Of a stretch of 64,000 nt of DNA, positions 38,808-48,683 are shown piece after piece. Source of the DNA: Longimicrobiales bacterium (GTDB lineage Bacteria > Gemmatimonadota > Gemmatimonadetes > Longimicrobiales > Gaopeijiaceae). Location: positions 1,120,001-1,184,000 of the forward strand of contig CBDFIQ010000002.1 in the NCBI GenBank assembly GCA_965248195.1, in the 5' to 3' direction. Each line of letters begins with the position of its first letter. Within the stretch, counting starts at the first letter, position 1. The notes under the pieces were generated by a model. The model was not told where the DNA came from, did not search any database, and saw only the letters and a program-made list of their open reading frames with translations. A program made the translations under genes and the position numbers.

Positions 38808-40565
38808 ATGATGATTGGACGCCGCCCTCTGGGAGTTTGTTTACCCGTGCTGTTCGCGTTGACCGTTTTGGGCAGCACGGCGCTCCAGGCTCAGCAGACC
38901 GTGAGCAGCCGTTTCCGCGTGCTCATACCGGACTTCCAACCCATGAACGGGGAGGATGACGACTTTGGCAAGGACCTGGCGGATGAACTGCGGGACCTTA
39001 TCGAGGATATGCTCACCCATAGTGCCGTGGATGAGGACGACATCGAAGACGCCCTCGACCGGTTCGACATGAACATGGAGGACCTCAATTGTATCCTCGC
39101 CCGTCAGCTAGCCCAACAGAGCAACTATCAGGTCGTGCTCTGTGCGCAATACACCGGGACCAGGGAGGCGTGGCAGATCCAAAACATCCGTTTCGTAGAT
39201 AGTGGGACCGGAGAAACGTTTGAGGTCGATCCGATCATGTCCGCCCGTGATAGGGAAGAAGAGGCGGCCGCGCAGATTGTTGAGAGCTTCGAACTCTTCG
39301 TCGAGCAAACGAGGGTAGCCATCTTTTGCGGTGACTACGCCGCAAGCCAGCAGTGGGAGAACTCGCTCGAGAACTGTGACCGGGCGCTCGAGTTGAACCC
39401 GAATGCGAATTCGACCCGGTATACGCGAGCCAACGTACTGCGCCAGACCGACCGGTTCGAGGAGTCCTTGGCGGAGGTCCAGCGCTTGCTCGAACGTGAT
39501 CCCTACCACGAAAATGGGCTGTTGCTCGGTGGTTTCTTGGCCATCAACCTCGACAACAAGGAGCTGGCCCGGGGTTTCTATGGCCGGTACCTCGAGCTGG
39601 ATCCGACGAATGCCTCCGTGCGGATGACCGTCGCCTACGATCTGGCCCAGGAAGGGGATCCCCTCGGGGGAATGGAGATCATCGAGGCCGGAGTGGAGGT
39701 CGATCCCGACAATATCGACTTCTATGAGCAGTTGGGGAACTTCGCGTTCGCCGGAGCGGAGCAGGTCCGCAGAGAGGCAGAGGACGCGGGAAGCGACAGC
39801 ATGACGCCCGAGGTCCGCGAGTTATACGCTAAGGCGATCGCGGCGTATGAGCGGGTCTTTACCGAGAAGGGCGCGGAGACGTTGGTCTCACAGCTCCGTA
39901 ATGTATCCGCCGCACAGCTCCAACTGGGCAATGTGGAGGAAGCGATCGCGTTTGCCGAGCGCGCCATCCAGTCTAACTCCAGTGATGCAAGCCTGCGGGC
40001 CATCCATGCGGAGGCGCTGAAGGAATCGGGGCAGATCACCGAGGCCGTGGCGGCACTCGCTTCCATCGAGGAGCTCGATCCGGATTGGCCCAACCTGCAC
40101 CTTCGTATGGGTAACTGGCTCATGGAGGCCAGGCGGGTCGAGGAGGCGGTACCGGTACTACAGAAGGCGGTTGCGAATGGGGCGTCGCCAGATCAGGCCG
40201 CGAACATGATCTTTACTCAGGCTTACGCGGCGTATGTTCAGCCGACCGAGAAGAATTACCCGCGATTCGTCGAACTGATTCAATTCGCCAAAGATTTCGA
40301 CGTTAGCGGTCAGGTACGGGAGACCTACGACTTCTGGCATGGATACAGTCTCTATAACCAAGGAGTCGCGCTGCAACCTGTGCCCGAGACGCTCGACTCC
40401 GCCAATCGGACGCTGCCGATGTTTAGGGAGGCCCTCGCACTCTTCCAACGGGGCAAGGGTTACGCGGACCGGACCGAGGGCATCAATTTCCAGCAGTTCG
40501 CGGAAGCGATCGGCACGTATATCGAGATCCAAGAGGCGGTCATTTTGCGCGCAAACCGCCGGTAG
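38808..40565 (+). CDS. Secreted tetratricopeptide-repeat protein
   Basis: Signal peptide; RALELNP, LLERDP, YLELDP, VEVDP repeats. Confidence 0.85.
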   Translation: MMIGRRPLGVCLPVLFALTVLGSTALQAQQTVSSRFRVLIPDFQPMNGEDDDFGKDLADELRDLIEDMLTHSAVDEDDIEDALDRFDMNMEDLNCILARQLAQQSNYQVVLCAQYTGTREAWQIQNIRFVDSGTGETFEVDPIMSARDREEEAAAQIVESFELFVEQTRVAIFCGDYAASQQWENSLENCDRALELNPNANSTRYTRANVLRQTDRFEESLAEVQRLLERDPYHENGLLLGGFLAINLDNKELARGFYGRYLELDPTNASVRMTVAYDLAQEGDPLGGMEIIEAGVEVDPDNIDFYEQLGNFAFAGAEQVRREAEDAGSDSMTPEVRELYAKAIAAYERVFTEKGAETLVSQLRNVSAAQLQLGNVEEAIAFAERAIQSNSSDASLRAIHAEALKESGQITEAVAALASIEELDPDWPNLHLRMGNWLMEARRVEEAVPVLQKAVANGASPDQAANMIFTQAYAAYVQPTEKNYPRFVELIQFAKDFDVSGQVRETYDFWHGYSLYNQGVALQPVPETLDSANRTLPMFREALALFQRGKGYADRTEGINFQQFAEAIGTYIEIQEAVILRANRR

Positions 40566-40587
40566 CTCGCGCCCTGACGAGCGCCGA

Positions 40588-40628
40588 GGGCGCCGCGGGA
40601 GATTTTCTCCTGCGGCGCCCTTTTTTTT
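40588..40628 (+). terminator. Rho-independent terminator
   Basis: GGGCGCCGCGGGAGA-loop-TCTCCTGCGGCGCCC followed by T8. Confidence 0.9.
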
Positions 40629-40842
40629 GTTTAGGGGCCAGGCCCGTCTGCTGGGCCTACACCAGTGGGGGAGAGTGGGTAAATCGCTCCGGTGGCGAAT
40701 CTCTTCACAAATTTTCTCCGAATCTGTCGTGGGCGGCCGTTGAGTTTTTACCACGTAACTCAATGACAAACAATAACTTGTGCAATTCTGGCACGCCCCG
40801 CACACCCAAACAAAACCCGAAAACTATCTGCACCGGAAAGGC

Positions 40843-40919
40843 TTGACGGTTCTTGAAGTAGGGGCGTATCTTGGTCCCTATCGCACCACTCTACACCACT
40901 TTAACCCACAGTGCGCCAC
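40843..40919 (+). promoter_or_regulatory. dcw promoter and MraZ-binding repeats
   Basis: TTGACG-18 bp-TATCTT; CCAC at 40886, 40896, 40906 and 40916 (exact 10-bp period). Confidence 0.75.
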
Positions 40920-40922
40920 TAC

Positions 40923-41354
40923 GTGACGAACTTTCTGGGCAGGTATGAATTCCAGATGGACGAGAAGGGGCGGGTCAGTCTGCCCTCGGCGTTTCGTCGA
41001 GAGGCCGACGGTGACCGCTTCGTATTACTCCAGTGGAGACCGCCTGCCCTCACACTCTTTCCGGTGGAATCCTGGGTTGCAGCCCAGGAGCGTCTCTTGG
41101 CGTTCCGGAGAAATCAGCCCGAGGCGTGGGGGGACGTGCTGGCCATTACCTCCAGCGCGGTCGAGGTCTCACCTGATAAGCAGGGCCGGATTCTCGTCCC
41201 CGCCTGGCTACAGGAGGCGGCTGGACTCGATGGGAGGGTCCTACTCCTGGGAAACATCGATCGGGTGGAGTTATGGGATCCCGATGAGTTCGAGAGAGTG
41301 GCGCGTACCGGTTCCGGCGAGTTCAAGAAATTCTCCAACCAAATCTTCGGGTGA
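40923..41354 (+). CDS. mraZ: Transcriptional regulator MraZ
   Basis: DEKGRVSLP and DKQGRILVP repeats; VELWD. Confidence 0.95.
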   Translation: MTNFLGRYEFQMDEKGRVSLPSAFRREADGDRFVLLQWRPPALTLFPVESWVAAQERLLAFRRNQPEAWGDVLAITSSAVEVSPDKQGRILVPAWLQEAAGLDGRVLLLGNIDRVELWDPDEFERVARTGSGEFKKFSNQIFG

Positions 41355-41357
41355 TCC

Positions 41358-42335
41358 GTGTCCTTACGTCTTCCAGCGGCTGAGACTCCTGTGAGCGAGT
41401 GGACGGAGCCGCCGGTCGTTTTTCACGACCCCGTTCTGGCGCGAGAGGTGGTGGAGTTCATCGCTCCGTCCGGTGACGGCATCTATCTGGATGGTACGGT
41501 GGGAGGAGGAGGGCATACCGCCATCCTATTGGAGGAGTGTTCGCGCTGCAGAATCATCGCGGTGGACCGTGACCCGGATGCCTTGAAGGCCGCGAAGGCC
41601 ATCCTGGCTCCGTTGCGGACCCGAGTCCGATTCATCCAGGCTCGATTCGACGAAGCGCTGCACTCCCTCGATCTGCCGGAGCCCCTGGCGGGAGTCCTCC
41701 TGGATCTGGGCGTGAGCTCTCATCAACTCGACTCGGACAGGCGGGGCTTCGCTTTCAGGGCCGGTGTGGAGTTGGACATGCGCATGGATGTCACGCAAGC
41801 GGACACACCCAGCGCGGCCCAAATCCTGAACTCCGAGCCGGAGAAGGATTTGGCTCGGATCTTCCATGAATACGGGGAGGAACCCCGGTCCCGGCGGCTT
41901 GCACGGGCCGTCGTCGAGCGTAGGGCCGCGACGCCCTTCCGGACGAGTGACGACTTGGTCGCTGTCCTCTACAGGACGCTGGGCAGGGCCCCGAGGGCCA
42001 AGGAAAAAGCGCGGATTTTCCAGGCCATGAGAATCGCGGTAAACGAAGAACTCACGTGCCTGGAACGTGGCCTCGCGGAATTTCGCGAGGCGATGGCGCC
42101 GAATGCTCGAATTGTGGTGATCTCGTATCACTCGCTCGAGGATCGGCTGGTCAAGAACGCCTTCCGCGATTGGAGCCGCTCCTGTGTCTGCCCGCCCGGG
42201 ATGCCGGTGTGCACCTGCCGGGGTGAGCCACTGGGGAGCGTGCTGACCCGAAAGGCCGTACGGCCCGGGGAACTCGAGGTGCGCCGAAACCCCCGCGCCC
42301 GTAGCGCCCGGCTTCGGGCTTGGAGTAAGGCATGA
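41358..42335 (+). CDS. rsmH: 16S rRNA m4C1402 methyltransferase
   Basis: DGTVGGGGH, DLGVSSHQLD, ISYHSLEDR, NPRARSARLR. Confidence 0.97.
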   Translation: MSLRLPAAETPVSEWTEPPVVFHDPVLAREVVEFIAPSGDGIYLDGTVGGGGHTAILLEECSRCRIIAVDRDPDALKAAKAILAPLRTRVRFIQARFDEALHSLDLPEPLAGVLLDLGVSSHQLDSDRRGFAFRAGVELDMRMDVTQADTPSAAQILNSEPEKDLARIFHEYGEEPRSRRLARAVVERRAATPFRTSDDLVAVLYRTLGRAPRAKEKARIFQAMRIAVNEELTCLERGLAEFREAMAPNARIVVISYHSLEDRLVKNAFRDWSRSCVCPPGMPVCTCRGEPLGSVLTRKAVRPGELEVRRNPRARSARLRAWSKA

Positions 42336-42649
42336 GGCGCGCCCGGTCTCGCCGCTCTCGTTCGGGCCGCTCCTGGGCCACGCCGAGCCTGCTTGCGCTG
42401 GGCTTTGCCGGTCTTCTCTCCGCTTTGAGCCTCGTGACTTGGCGTCAGAGCCGCGCCTTCGAGGCGCTGGCGGACCTCGACGGAGTCCAACGGTCGCTTT
42501 CGCTCGCTGAATCAGAACGGGCGGAGCTCCTTCGACGGATTCAAGGCTTGGACAGCCGGACTCGGATCTCGTCGGTGGCCCAGGAACACCTCGGCATGCA
42601 CCGTCCGGAGGCCTCCGAGATGGTTCTGCTTTCGGGAGGTGGGCGATGA
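42332..42649 (+). CDS. ftsL: Cell division protein FtsL-like
   Basis: TM plus leucine zipper, position between rsmH and ftsI. Confidence 0.8.
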   Translation: MRRARSRRSRSGRSWATPSLLALGFAGLLSALSLVTWRQSRAFEALADLDGVQRSLSLAESERAELLRRIQGLDSRTRISSVAQEHLGMHRPEASEMVLLSGGGR

Positions 42650-44679
42650 GACGCCGAAAGCGTGTGATGGAGACCAGGGTGAAGGTGCGTCGCAGGGTGC
42701 TTCTCGCGTTCTGGTTGATGAGTGGAGGCCTGATCGTCGCCAGAGCCAGCCAGATCCAGGTGGCCCAGGGCCCCCTATGGAGGGGGCAGGCGGAACGCCA
42801 GCACCGCACCAGTGTGCAGATCGCCGCGGTTCGGGGATCGGTGCTCGACCGCTCGGAGGTCGAGTTGGCCACCAGCCGCGAGACCTTCAGGGTGAGCGTC
42901 GCGCCGAGAGAGATCCGAGACGTTGAGGCGGTGACACGCCTCTTGGTCGAAACACTGGGGCTGGATGAACGGGTCGTACGTGGGGCTACGACGTCGTCGA
43001 GACCCTGGCGGGTCCTCCCGAGCACCTTTCCGCCCTCCGTGCGCGAAGCGCTCGACAGCCTTCGTGGTGTGTACCTCGAGCGTGAGCACCGCCGGTTCTA
43101 TCCCCAGGGTGACCTGGCCAGGGGTCTGCTCGGCGCCGTGCGCGACGGTAAGGTGTCCGGGGGTGTCGAGCAGGCGTACGACGAGGTCCTCCGGGGAACC
43201 GTGGGCCAGGCTGTCCTCGCGAGAGACCCGACCGGTAAGCCGATCCCGGGCGAGAGCGTGGTCGTGCAGGGACCACGGGAGGGTGGCCAGGTCGTCCTGA
43301 CCCTGGATGTGGACTTGCAGGAGATTGGGCAGCAGGCGCTGACGGAGGCCATTCGGGAGACCGAGGCGCGAGGTGGAGACCTCCTCATCACGGATCCGCG
43401 CACCGGAGATGTTCTCGCGATGGTGTCCATTCGCGATGGGGCCACGAGCGGCTTATCGGCGATCAACACTCCCTATGAGCCTGGCTCCACACTCAAGCCG
43501 CTCACGGTGGCCGGACTCCTACAGAACGGGCTGGCGTCACTCGACGACGTGGTCGATACGGAGTCCGGCTCGTGGACCGTGGCGGGCCGGACGATCCGGG
43601 ACGTGAGCAGCGAGCACGGTCGCATGACGTTGGCGCGGGCGCTTCAGATTTCCTCGAGCGTGGGTGTGGCGAAAGCGGCGCAGGCTATGAGTCCTGCGGT
43701 CCAGTACCAGAACCTCCGCGATTTCGGGCTCGGGGCGCCCACCGGGATCGGCCTTCCCGGCGAGGTGAGAGGCACGCTGCGGCGCCCAGAGCGTTGGAGC
43801 GGCCAGTCCTCAGCGTCTCTTGCGATCGGATATGAAGTTTCTGTTACGCCCCTTCAGATGGCCATGGCCTATGGGGCCCTGGCGAATGGCGGCCGGCTCA
43901 TGGAGCCCCGGCTCGTAAGGGAGCTCCGGGACTCGAACGGCAAGGTGACCGCCCGCTTCCCGTCCCGCGTGGTGCGGAGGGCGGTCTCGCCACGTGTGGC
44001 GGGCGCGGTCTCCGATGTGCTCGTCGACGCGGTTGAGGGCGGAACGGGGACGCGTGCCCGCCTCGGCACCTTCAAGGTGGCGGGCAAGAGCGGCACGACG
44101 CGAGCCTGGTTGGACGGGGCCTATCACACCGGGGATTACTACGCTTCGTTCGTGGGATTTTTCCCGGCCGAGGACCCGCAGCTCGTGGTCATGGTCAAGT
44201 TGGACCGTCCGCAGGGGGCGTACTACGGCGGGTCCGCTGCGGCTCCTGTAACTCGGGCAACGATGGAAGCCGTGTTGGCCGCTCAGAAGACACCCATCGA
44301 TCGTCGGGCTCTCGTGCAAGTTGCACGGGCTGAAAGGCTCGACGTTCCCTCACGGGAGGGCCGTGGCGGTGAGACACCCCTCGTGACGCGGTTCGCGGAG
44401 CTCCGGCTGACTGGGTATCCAGGGTCGGCTGCGACTCGGGAGTCGAGCGTGTCGCGCTGGCGTGAATCCATGCAGCTCGAGGATCGGGCCATCGTTCGCG
44501 TTCCCGATGTCCTGGGACTCCCCGCTCGGGCGGCGGCCCGGCGCATTCACCAGGCGGGGCTTCGGGTTGAATGGGATGGATCGGGCGTGGCGAGGTACAT
44601 GGTGCCCCCGGCCGGCTCGCTCTTGACGCCGGGTGACACAGTGCGGTTGGCGTCGGTGGGAAGGAGCGGCGATGACTAG
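42646..44679 (+). CDS. ftsI: Penicillin-binding protein FtsI with PASTA domain
   Basis: EPGSTLK (SxxK), SSSVG, AGKSGT. Confidence 0.92.
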   Translation: MRRRKRVMETRVKVRRRVLLAFWLMSGGLIVARASQIQVAQGPLWRGQAERQHRTSVQIAAVRGSVLDRSEVELATSRETFRVSVAPREIRDVEAVTRLLVETLGLDERVVRGATTSSRPWRVLPSTFPPSVREALDSLRGVYLEREHRRFYPQGDLARGLLGAVRDGKVSGGVEQAYDEVLRGTVGQAVLARDPTGKPIPGESVVVQGPREGGQVVLTLDVDLQEIGQQALTEAIRETEARGGDLLITDPRTGDVLAMVSIRDGATSGLSAINTPYEPGSTLKPLTVAGLLQNGLASLDDVVDTESGSWTVAGRTIRDVSSEHGRMTLARALQISSSVGVAKAAQAMSPAVQYQNLRDFGLGAPTGIGLPGEVRGTLRRPERWSGQSSASLAIGYEVSVTPLQMAMAYGALANGGRLMEPRLVRELRDSNGKVTARFPSRVVRRAVSPRVAGAVSDVLVDAVEGGTGTRARLGTFKVAGKSGTTRAWLDGAYHTGDYYASFVGFFPAEDPQLVVMVKLDRPQGAYYGGSAAAPVTRATMEAVLAAQKTPIDRRALVQVARAERLDVPSREGRGGETPLVTRFAELRLTGYPGSAATRESSVSRWRESMQLEDRAIVRVPDVLGLPARAAARRIHQAGLRVEWDGSGVARYMVPPAGSLLTPGDTVRLASVGRSGDD

Positions 44680-46156
44680 GCCATCGGCTGCTCTTCAGGT
44701 GGTCACTGCCGCCCTCGGGGCGGCTGGCCTGATCGAAACGATCCACGGTTCGAATGACGTGGAAATAACTGGCGTGACGCAGGACTCGCGTACGGTGCAG
44801 CCCGGCAACCTTTTTCTGGCGTGGAGCGGATCTGCCTGGGACGCCCATGGCTTCGTGGCTCAAGCGGCCGAGATGGGTGCGGCTGCGGCCGTGGTGGAGC
44901 GGTACGTTCCCGAGGCCGGGATTCCGCAAGTACAGGTGTCGGACGGCCGCTTGGCCGCCGCCTTGGCCGCGGACGTGGTCCTCGGCTCCCCGTGGGCCGG
45001 CTTGTTCACGGTCGGCGTGACCGGCACGAACGGCAAAACGACCACGGCATCTCTCACCCAGCATCTCCTTGGCTCCCGGGGTGCTTCGGCGGCGGTGGGC
45101 ACGCTTGGGCTCGTCCAACCCGACGGCTCGGTGAGGGAAGGGACCGAAGGGCTCACGACGCCGGGCCCCGTTGCGATCTCCACTTGGTTGGCTGATCTGG
45201 CTGCTGAGGGCATTGGTTCGGTAACCGTGGAGGCGTCCTCTCACGCGCTCGAGCAGAAACGCCTCGACGGGGTGCGTTTCGACGCGGTGGTCTTCACCAA
45301 TTTCTCCCAGGACCACCTCGATTATCACAGCGACATGGCGGCGTATTTCAGGGCCAAGGCCCACCTTCTCGATCTGATGAAGGAGGAAGGGTGCGTGGTC
45401 GTCAACGCCGACGACGCGCACTGGAAGGATCTTCCCGTCCAAGGGCGCCGCACTGTCACCTACGGCATCGATGAACCGGCCGACCTTCGTGCGGAGGAGA
45501 TCGAGCCGGGTTCGTCCGGAACCAGGTTCCGCATGGGAAGCACAGCGGGCGAAGTCGATATCGAACTTCCCCTCATAGGCCGCTTCAATGTTGAAAATTG
45601 TCTGGCGGCGGCGGGTGTGGGCGCGATCGCCGGTATGTCCCTCGAGGCCGTGGCGGACCGTCTCGCCAGCGTACCGCAGATTCCCGGCCGACTCGAGGTG
45701 GTTGCCCGGAAGCCGTTTACGGTCGTGATCGACTTCGCGCACACGCCCGACGCGCTTCGCCACGTCCTCACGACCATGCGCCCGCTCACGGCAGGGCGTT
45801 TGATCGTTGTTTTCGGCGCGGGTGGCGACCGGGAGCGAGGCAAACGGCCCGAAATGGCTCGGGCAGTCGCCCAAGGTGCGGATCTGGTCGTGATCACATC
45901 CGACAATCCCCGGACGGAAGATCCGGAGTCCATCATCGATGACATCGTACCGGGAATGAATGGCTCCGCCTTCGAGCGCTTGGCGGACCGTCGTGAGGCG
46001 ATCGGCTACGCGCTCACGCAGGCCCGCTCGGAGGACCTCGTGCTGCTCGCGGGCAAGGGACACGAACGATATCAGGTCATCGGCACCGAGCCCCATGCGT
46101 TCGACGAGAGGCTGATCGTCGAGGAGCACCTCGGCCGGATGGGAGGCGTGGCGTGA
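44672..46156 (+). CDS. murE: MurE ligase
   Basis: GTNGKTTT, EASSHAL, DFAHTPD, SDNPR (meso-DAP type), AGKGHE. Confidence 0.96.
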   Translation: MTRPSAALQVVTAALGAAGLIETIHGSNDVEITGVTQDSRTVQPGNLFLAWSGSAWDAHGFVAQAAEMGAAAAVVERYVPEAGIPQVQVSDGRLAAALAADVVLGSPWAGLFTVGVTGTNGKTTTASLTQHLLGSRGASAAVGTLGLVQPDGSVREGTEGLTTPGPVAISTWLADLAAEGIGSVTVEASSHALEQKRLDGVRFDAVVFTNFSQDHLDYHSDMAAYFRAKAHLLDLMKEEGCVVVNADDAHWKDLPVQGRRTVTYGIDEPADLRAEEIEPGSSGTRFRMGSTAGEVDIELPLIGRFNVENCLAAAGVGAIAGMSLEAVADRLASVPQIPGRLEVVARKPFTVVIDFAHTPDALRHVLTTMRPLTAGRLIVVFGAGGDRERGKRPEMARAVAQGADLVVITSDNPRTEDPESIIDDIVPGMNGSAFERLADRREAIGYALTQARSEDLVLLAGKGHERYQVIGTEPHAFDERLIVEEHLGRMGGVA

Positions 46157-47565
46157 CCCCTCCCTTCGTATGGACGGACGATCACGTGAGAACCGCATTG
46201 CGTGTCGCACCTCAGGAGGACTGCAGCCTCATCTTCACCGGCATCTCCACGGACAGTCGCACGACTCGAGAGGGGAACCTGTTCGTTGCTCTGTGCGGAG
46301 ACAACTTCGACGGGCACGACTATGTGTCCGATGCCCTCGGCCGCGGAGCACGGGGGGCTGTCGTGGCACGACCCGTCGAGGCGGATGGCGCCTGCGTCTA
46401 TCCCGTGGAAGACACCCTGCTGGCGCTCGGACAACTCGCCTTATATCGCCGGAGCCGCCTCGACGCTGTCGTGGTGGGCATCACCGGGTCCTCAGGAAAG
46501 ACCGCAACCAAGGACATGACCCGGGCAGCGATCGAGGGATCGCGCCGGGTCCACGCGACACCCGAAAACCTGAACAATCGTATCGGCCTGCCTTTGACGC
46601 TGCTCGACGCTCCCGACGATGCGGAGGTGGTCGTGCTCGAAATGGGTACGAACGAGCCGGGGGAGATCGCTGCTCTCACGCGAATCGCTGAACCCAAGAT
46701 CGGTATCGTGACGACCGTCTCCGAGACCCACATCGAGAAGCTGGAGTCCCTCGAGGGCGTGCTCGACGAGAAGCTGGACCTCCTGCGGGGACTCCCGGAC
46801 GACGGCAAGGCGGTTGTGGGCGATGAGCCGGCCATCCTCTCTGAAGAGGCCGGCCGCATCCGCCGTGACCTCTTGGTCGTGGGCCTCGGTACGGGCGCGG
46901 ATGCGGAGTATCGCCCGGGCGAGTCCTCGATGGACGAGCAGGGGTGCTGGAGTTTCGTCTGGCGAGGGGAGCCCGTGCACCTGCGGGCTCCGGGACGCCA
47001 TTCGGTCCAGAACGCACTCATCGCCCTGACCGTAGCCGAACTGGTGGACGTCCCTGCCCCCGAGGCCACTAGCGGGGTCGGCCGGGTCGAAGCCGGTTCC
47101 ATGCGCGGAGAGATGAGGCGGATCGGAGGGCTCACGCTGATCCTCGACTGCTACAACGCGAATCCGCAGAGTTTGCGGGCTGCGCTTGATCTGCTCGGCG
47201 ACATCGAGCCCAGCCGGCCCAAGGTGGCGGTCCTCGGCAGCATGCTCGAGCTGGGGGCCCGTAGTGCGGAACTACACACGGTCCTTTTGGACGAAGCATC
47301 CACGATCGGGTTGGACCTTGTCGTCGCCACGGGCGAGTTCGCCCGGGCCGCCGCGGACGCCCCGTCGGCAGAGTCGCGAGGGGCCGCGTCGACGATCCTT
47401 TCCGTGATCGACCCGCTTGAAGCCTACAAGGAGCTCCGCGGAAAACTCGCTGGCGACGAGGTCTTGCTGATGAAAGCGTCGCGCGGCGTGGCATTGGAGC
47501 GGCTGATTCCCCTGTTCGAGAGCGACTTCGGCGAATCTGCGGCGGGCGGGGGGGTCGAGGCCTGA
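46153..47565 (+). CDS. murF: MurF ligase
   Basis: GSSGKTATK, NNRIGLP, DCYNANP, KASRG. Confidence 0.96.
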   Translation: MTPPFVWTDDHVRTALRVAPQEDCSLIFTGISTDSRTTREGNLFVALCGDNFDGHDYVSDALGRGARGAVVARPVEADGACVYPVEDTLLALGQLALYRRSRLDAVVVGITGSSGKTATKDMTRAAIEGSRRVHATPENLNNRIGLPLTLLDAPDDAEVVVLEMGTNEPGEIAALTRIAEPKIGIVTTVSETHIEKLESLEGVLDEKLDLLRGLPDDGKAVVGDEPAILSEEAGRIRRDLLVVGLGTGADAEYRPGESSMDEQGCWSFVWRGEPVHLRAPGRHSVQNALIALTVAELVDVPAPEATSGVGRVEAGSMRGEMRRIGGLTLILDCYNANPQSLRAALDLLGDIEPSRPKVAVLGSMLELGARSAELHTVLLDEASTIGLDLVVATGEFARAAADAPSAESRGAASTILSVIDPLEAYKELRGKLAGDEVLLMKASRGVALERLIPLFESDFGESAAGGGVEA

Positions 47566-48671
47566 TGCTCTATCACCTGCTTCCGCCTCTCGCCGACGTC
47601 CATATCTTTTTCAACCTCTTCCGCTTCATCACCTTCCGGGCCGCTGGCGCGCTCGTCACGTCGCTCGTGCTCGCCTTCGTACTGGGGCCGATGACCATCC
47701 GAGGCCTCAGGCGATTCGGCATCGGCCAAGTGGTTCGTGAGGAGGGGCCGGCGACCCATCTTCCCAAGGCCGGGACGCCGACCATGGGCGGGGCCCTGAT
47801 CGTCATGTCGGCAAGCATTTCAACGCTGTTGTGGGCCGAATTGACCAACTGGTATACGGTGCTGGCGCTGCTGAGCCTCGTGGCGATGGGCGCCCTCGGA
47901 TTCATGGACGACTACCTCAAGGTCGTTCAGAGACGGACGGCGGGCCTGATCGCCCGCTACAAGATGTTGGGCCAGTGGACGTTCGGACTCGGCATGGGGC
48001 TGTTCTTGCTCCTCAATCCGATCTCGCCTGTGCCCCCGAACCACACCATGGTGCCGTTCTTCTCCGACGTCGCATTGGTCTTCCAGCCGTGGCTTTACGT
48101 GCTGTTCGTCGGGTTCGTCATCTCGGGCGCCGCGAACGCGGTGAACCTCACAGATGGACTCGACGGCCTGGCCGCCGGCCTTGTCGCGATCGCCGCGTCC
48201 ACGTTCGCAGTCTTCGCGTATCTGCTGGGCCGCGTGGACAGCTCCGCGTACCTGGGGCTGTTCTACCTGCCCGGCGCGGGGGAGTTGTCCGTGCTTGCGC
48301 TCGGCCTGGCGGGTGGCTGCCTCGGTTTCCTCTGGTTCAACACGCATCCCGCAGAGGTCTTCATGGGCGACACGGGTTCGCTCGCTCTGGGAGGCGCCAT
48401 CGGGGTCATGGCCATTCTGCTCAAGGCGGAGTTTCTCCTGGCGATCGTGGGCGGTGTCTTCGTCCTGGAGGTGCTCTCGGTGGTCCTCCAGGTCGGATAC
48501 TTCCGCTACACGGCCGCGAAGCACGGCTCCGGTCGAAGACTCTTCAGAATGGCCCCGATCCACCACCACTTCGAGCAGTTGGGATGGCCGGAGAGCAAGG
48601 TCGTCGTCCGTTTTTGGATCATGGGAATCCTGTGCGCGATGTTCGCGTTCAGCGCGCTCAAGATCCGGTGA
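47565..48671 (+). CDS. mraY: Phospho-MurNAc-pentapeptide transferase
   Basis: KAGTPTMGG, DDYLK, NLTDGLDGL, FMGDTGS, MAPIHHHFE. Confidence 0.98.
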   Translation: MLYHLLPPLADVHIFFNLFRFITFRAAGALVTSLVLAFVLGPMTIRGLRRFGIGQVVREEGPATHLPKAGTPTMGGALIVMSASISTLLWAELTNWYTVLALLSLVAMGALGFMDDYLKVVQRRTAGLIARYKMLGQWTFGLGMGLFLLLNPISPVPPNHTMVPFFSDVALVFQPWLYVLFVGFVISGAANAVNLTDGLDGLAAGLVAIAASTFAVFAYLLGRVDSSAYLGLFYLPGAGELSVLALGLAGGCLGFLWFNTHPAEVFMGDTGSLALGGAIGVMAILLKAEFLLAIVGGVFVLEVLSVVLQVGYFRYTAAKHGSGRRLFRMAPIHHHFEQLGWPESKVVVRFWIMGILCAMFAFSALKIR

Positions 48672-48683
48672 GGAACGAGCGCT

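Noticed and set aside
41526..46210. Long minus-strand ORFs (499 and 671 aa) in the dcw cluster
   Set aside because: Antisense shadows of well-supported genes
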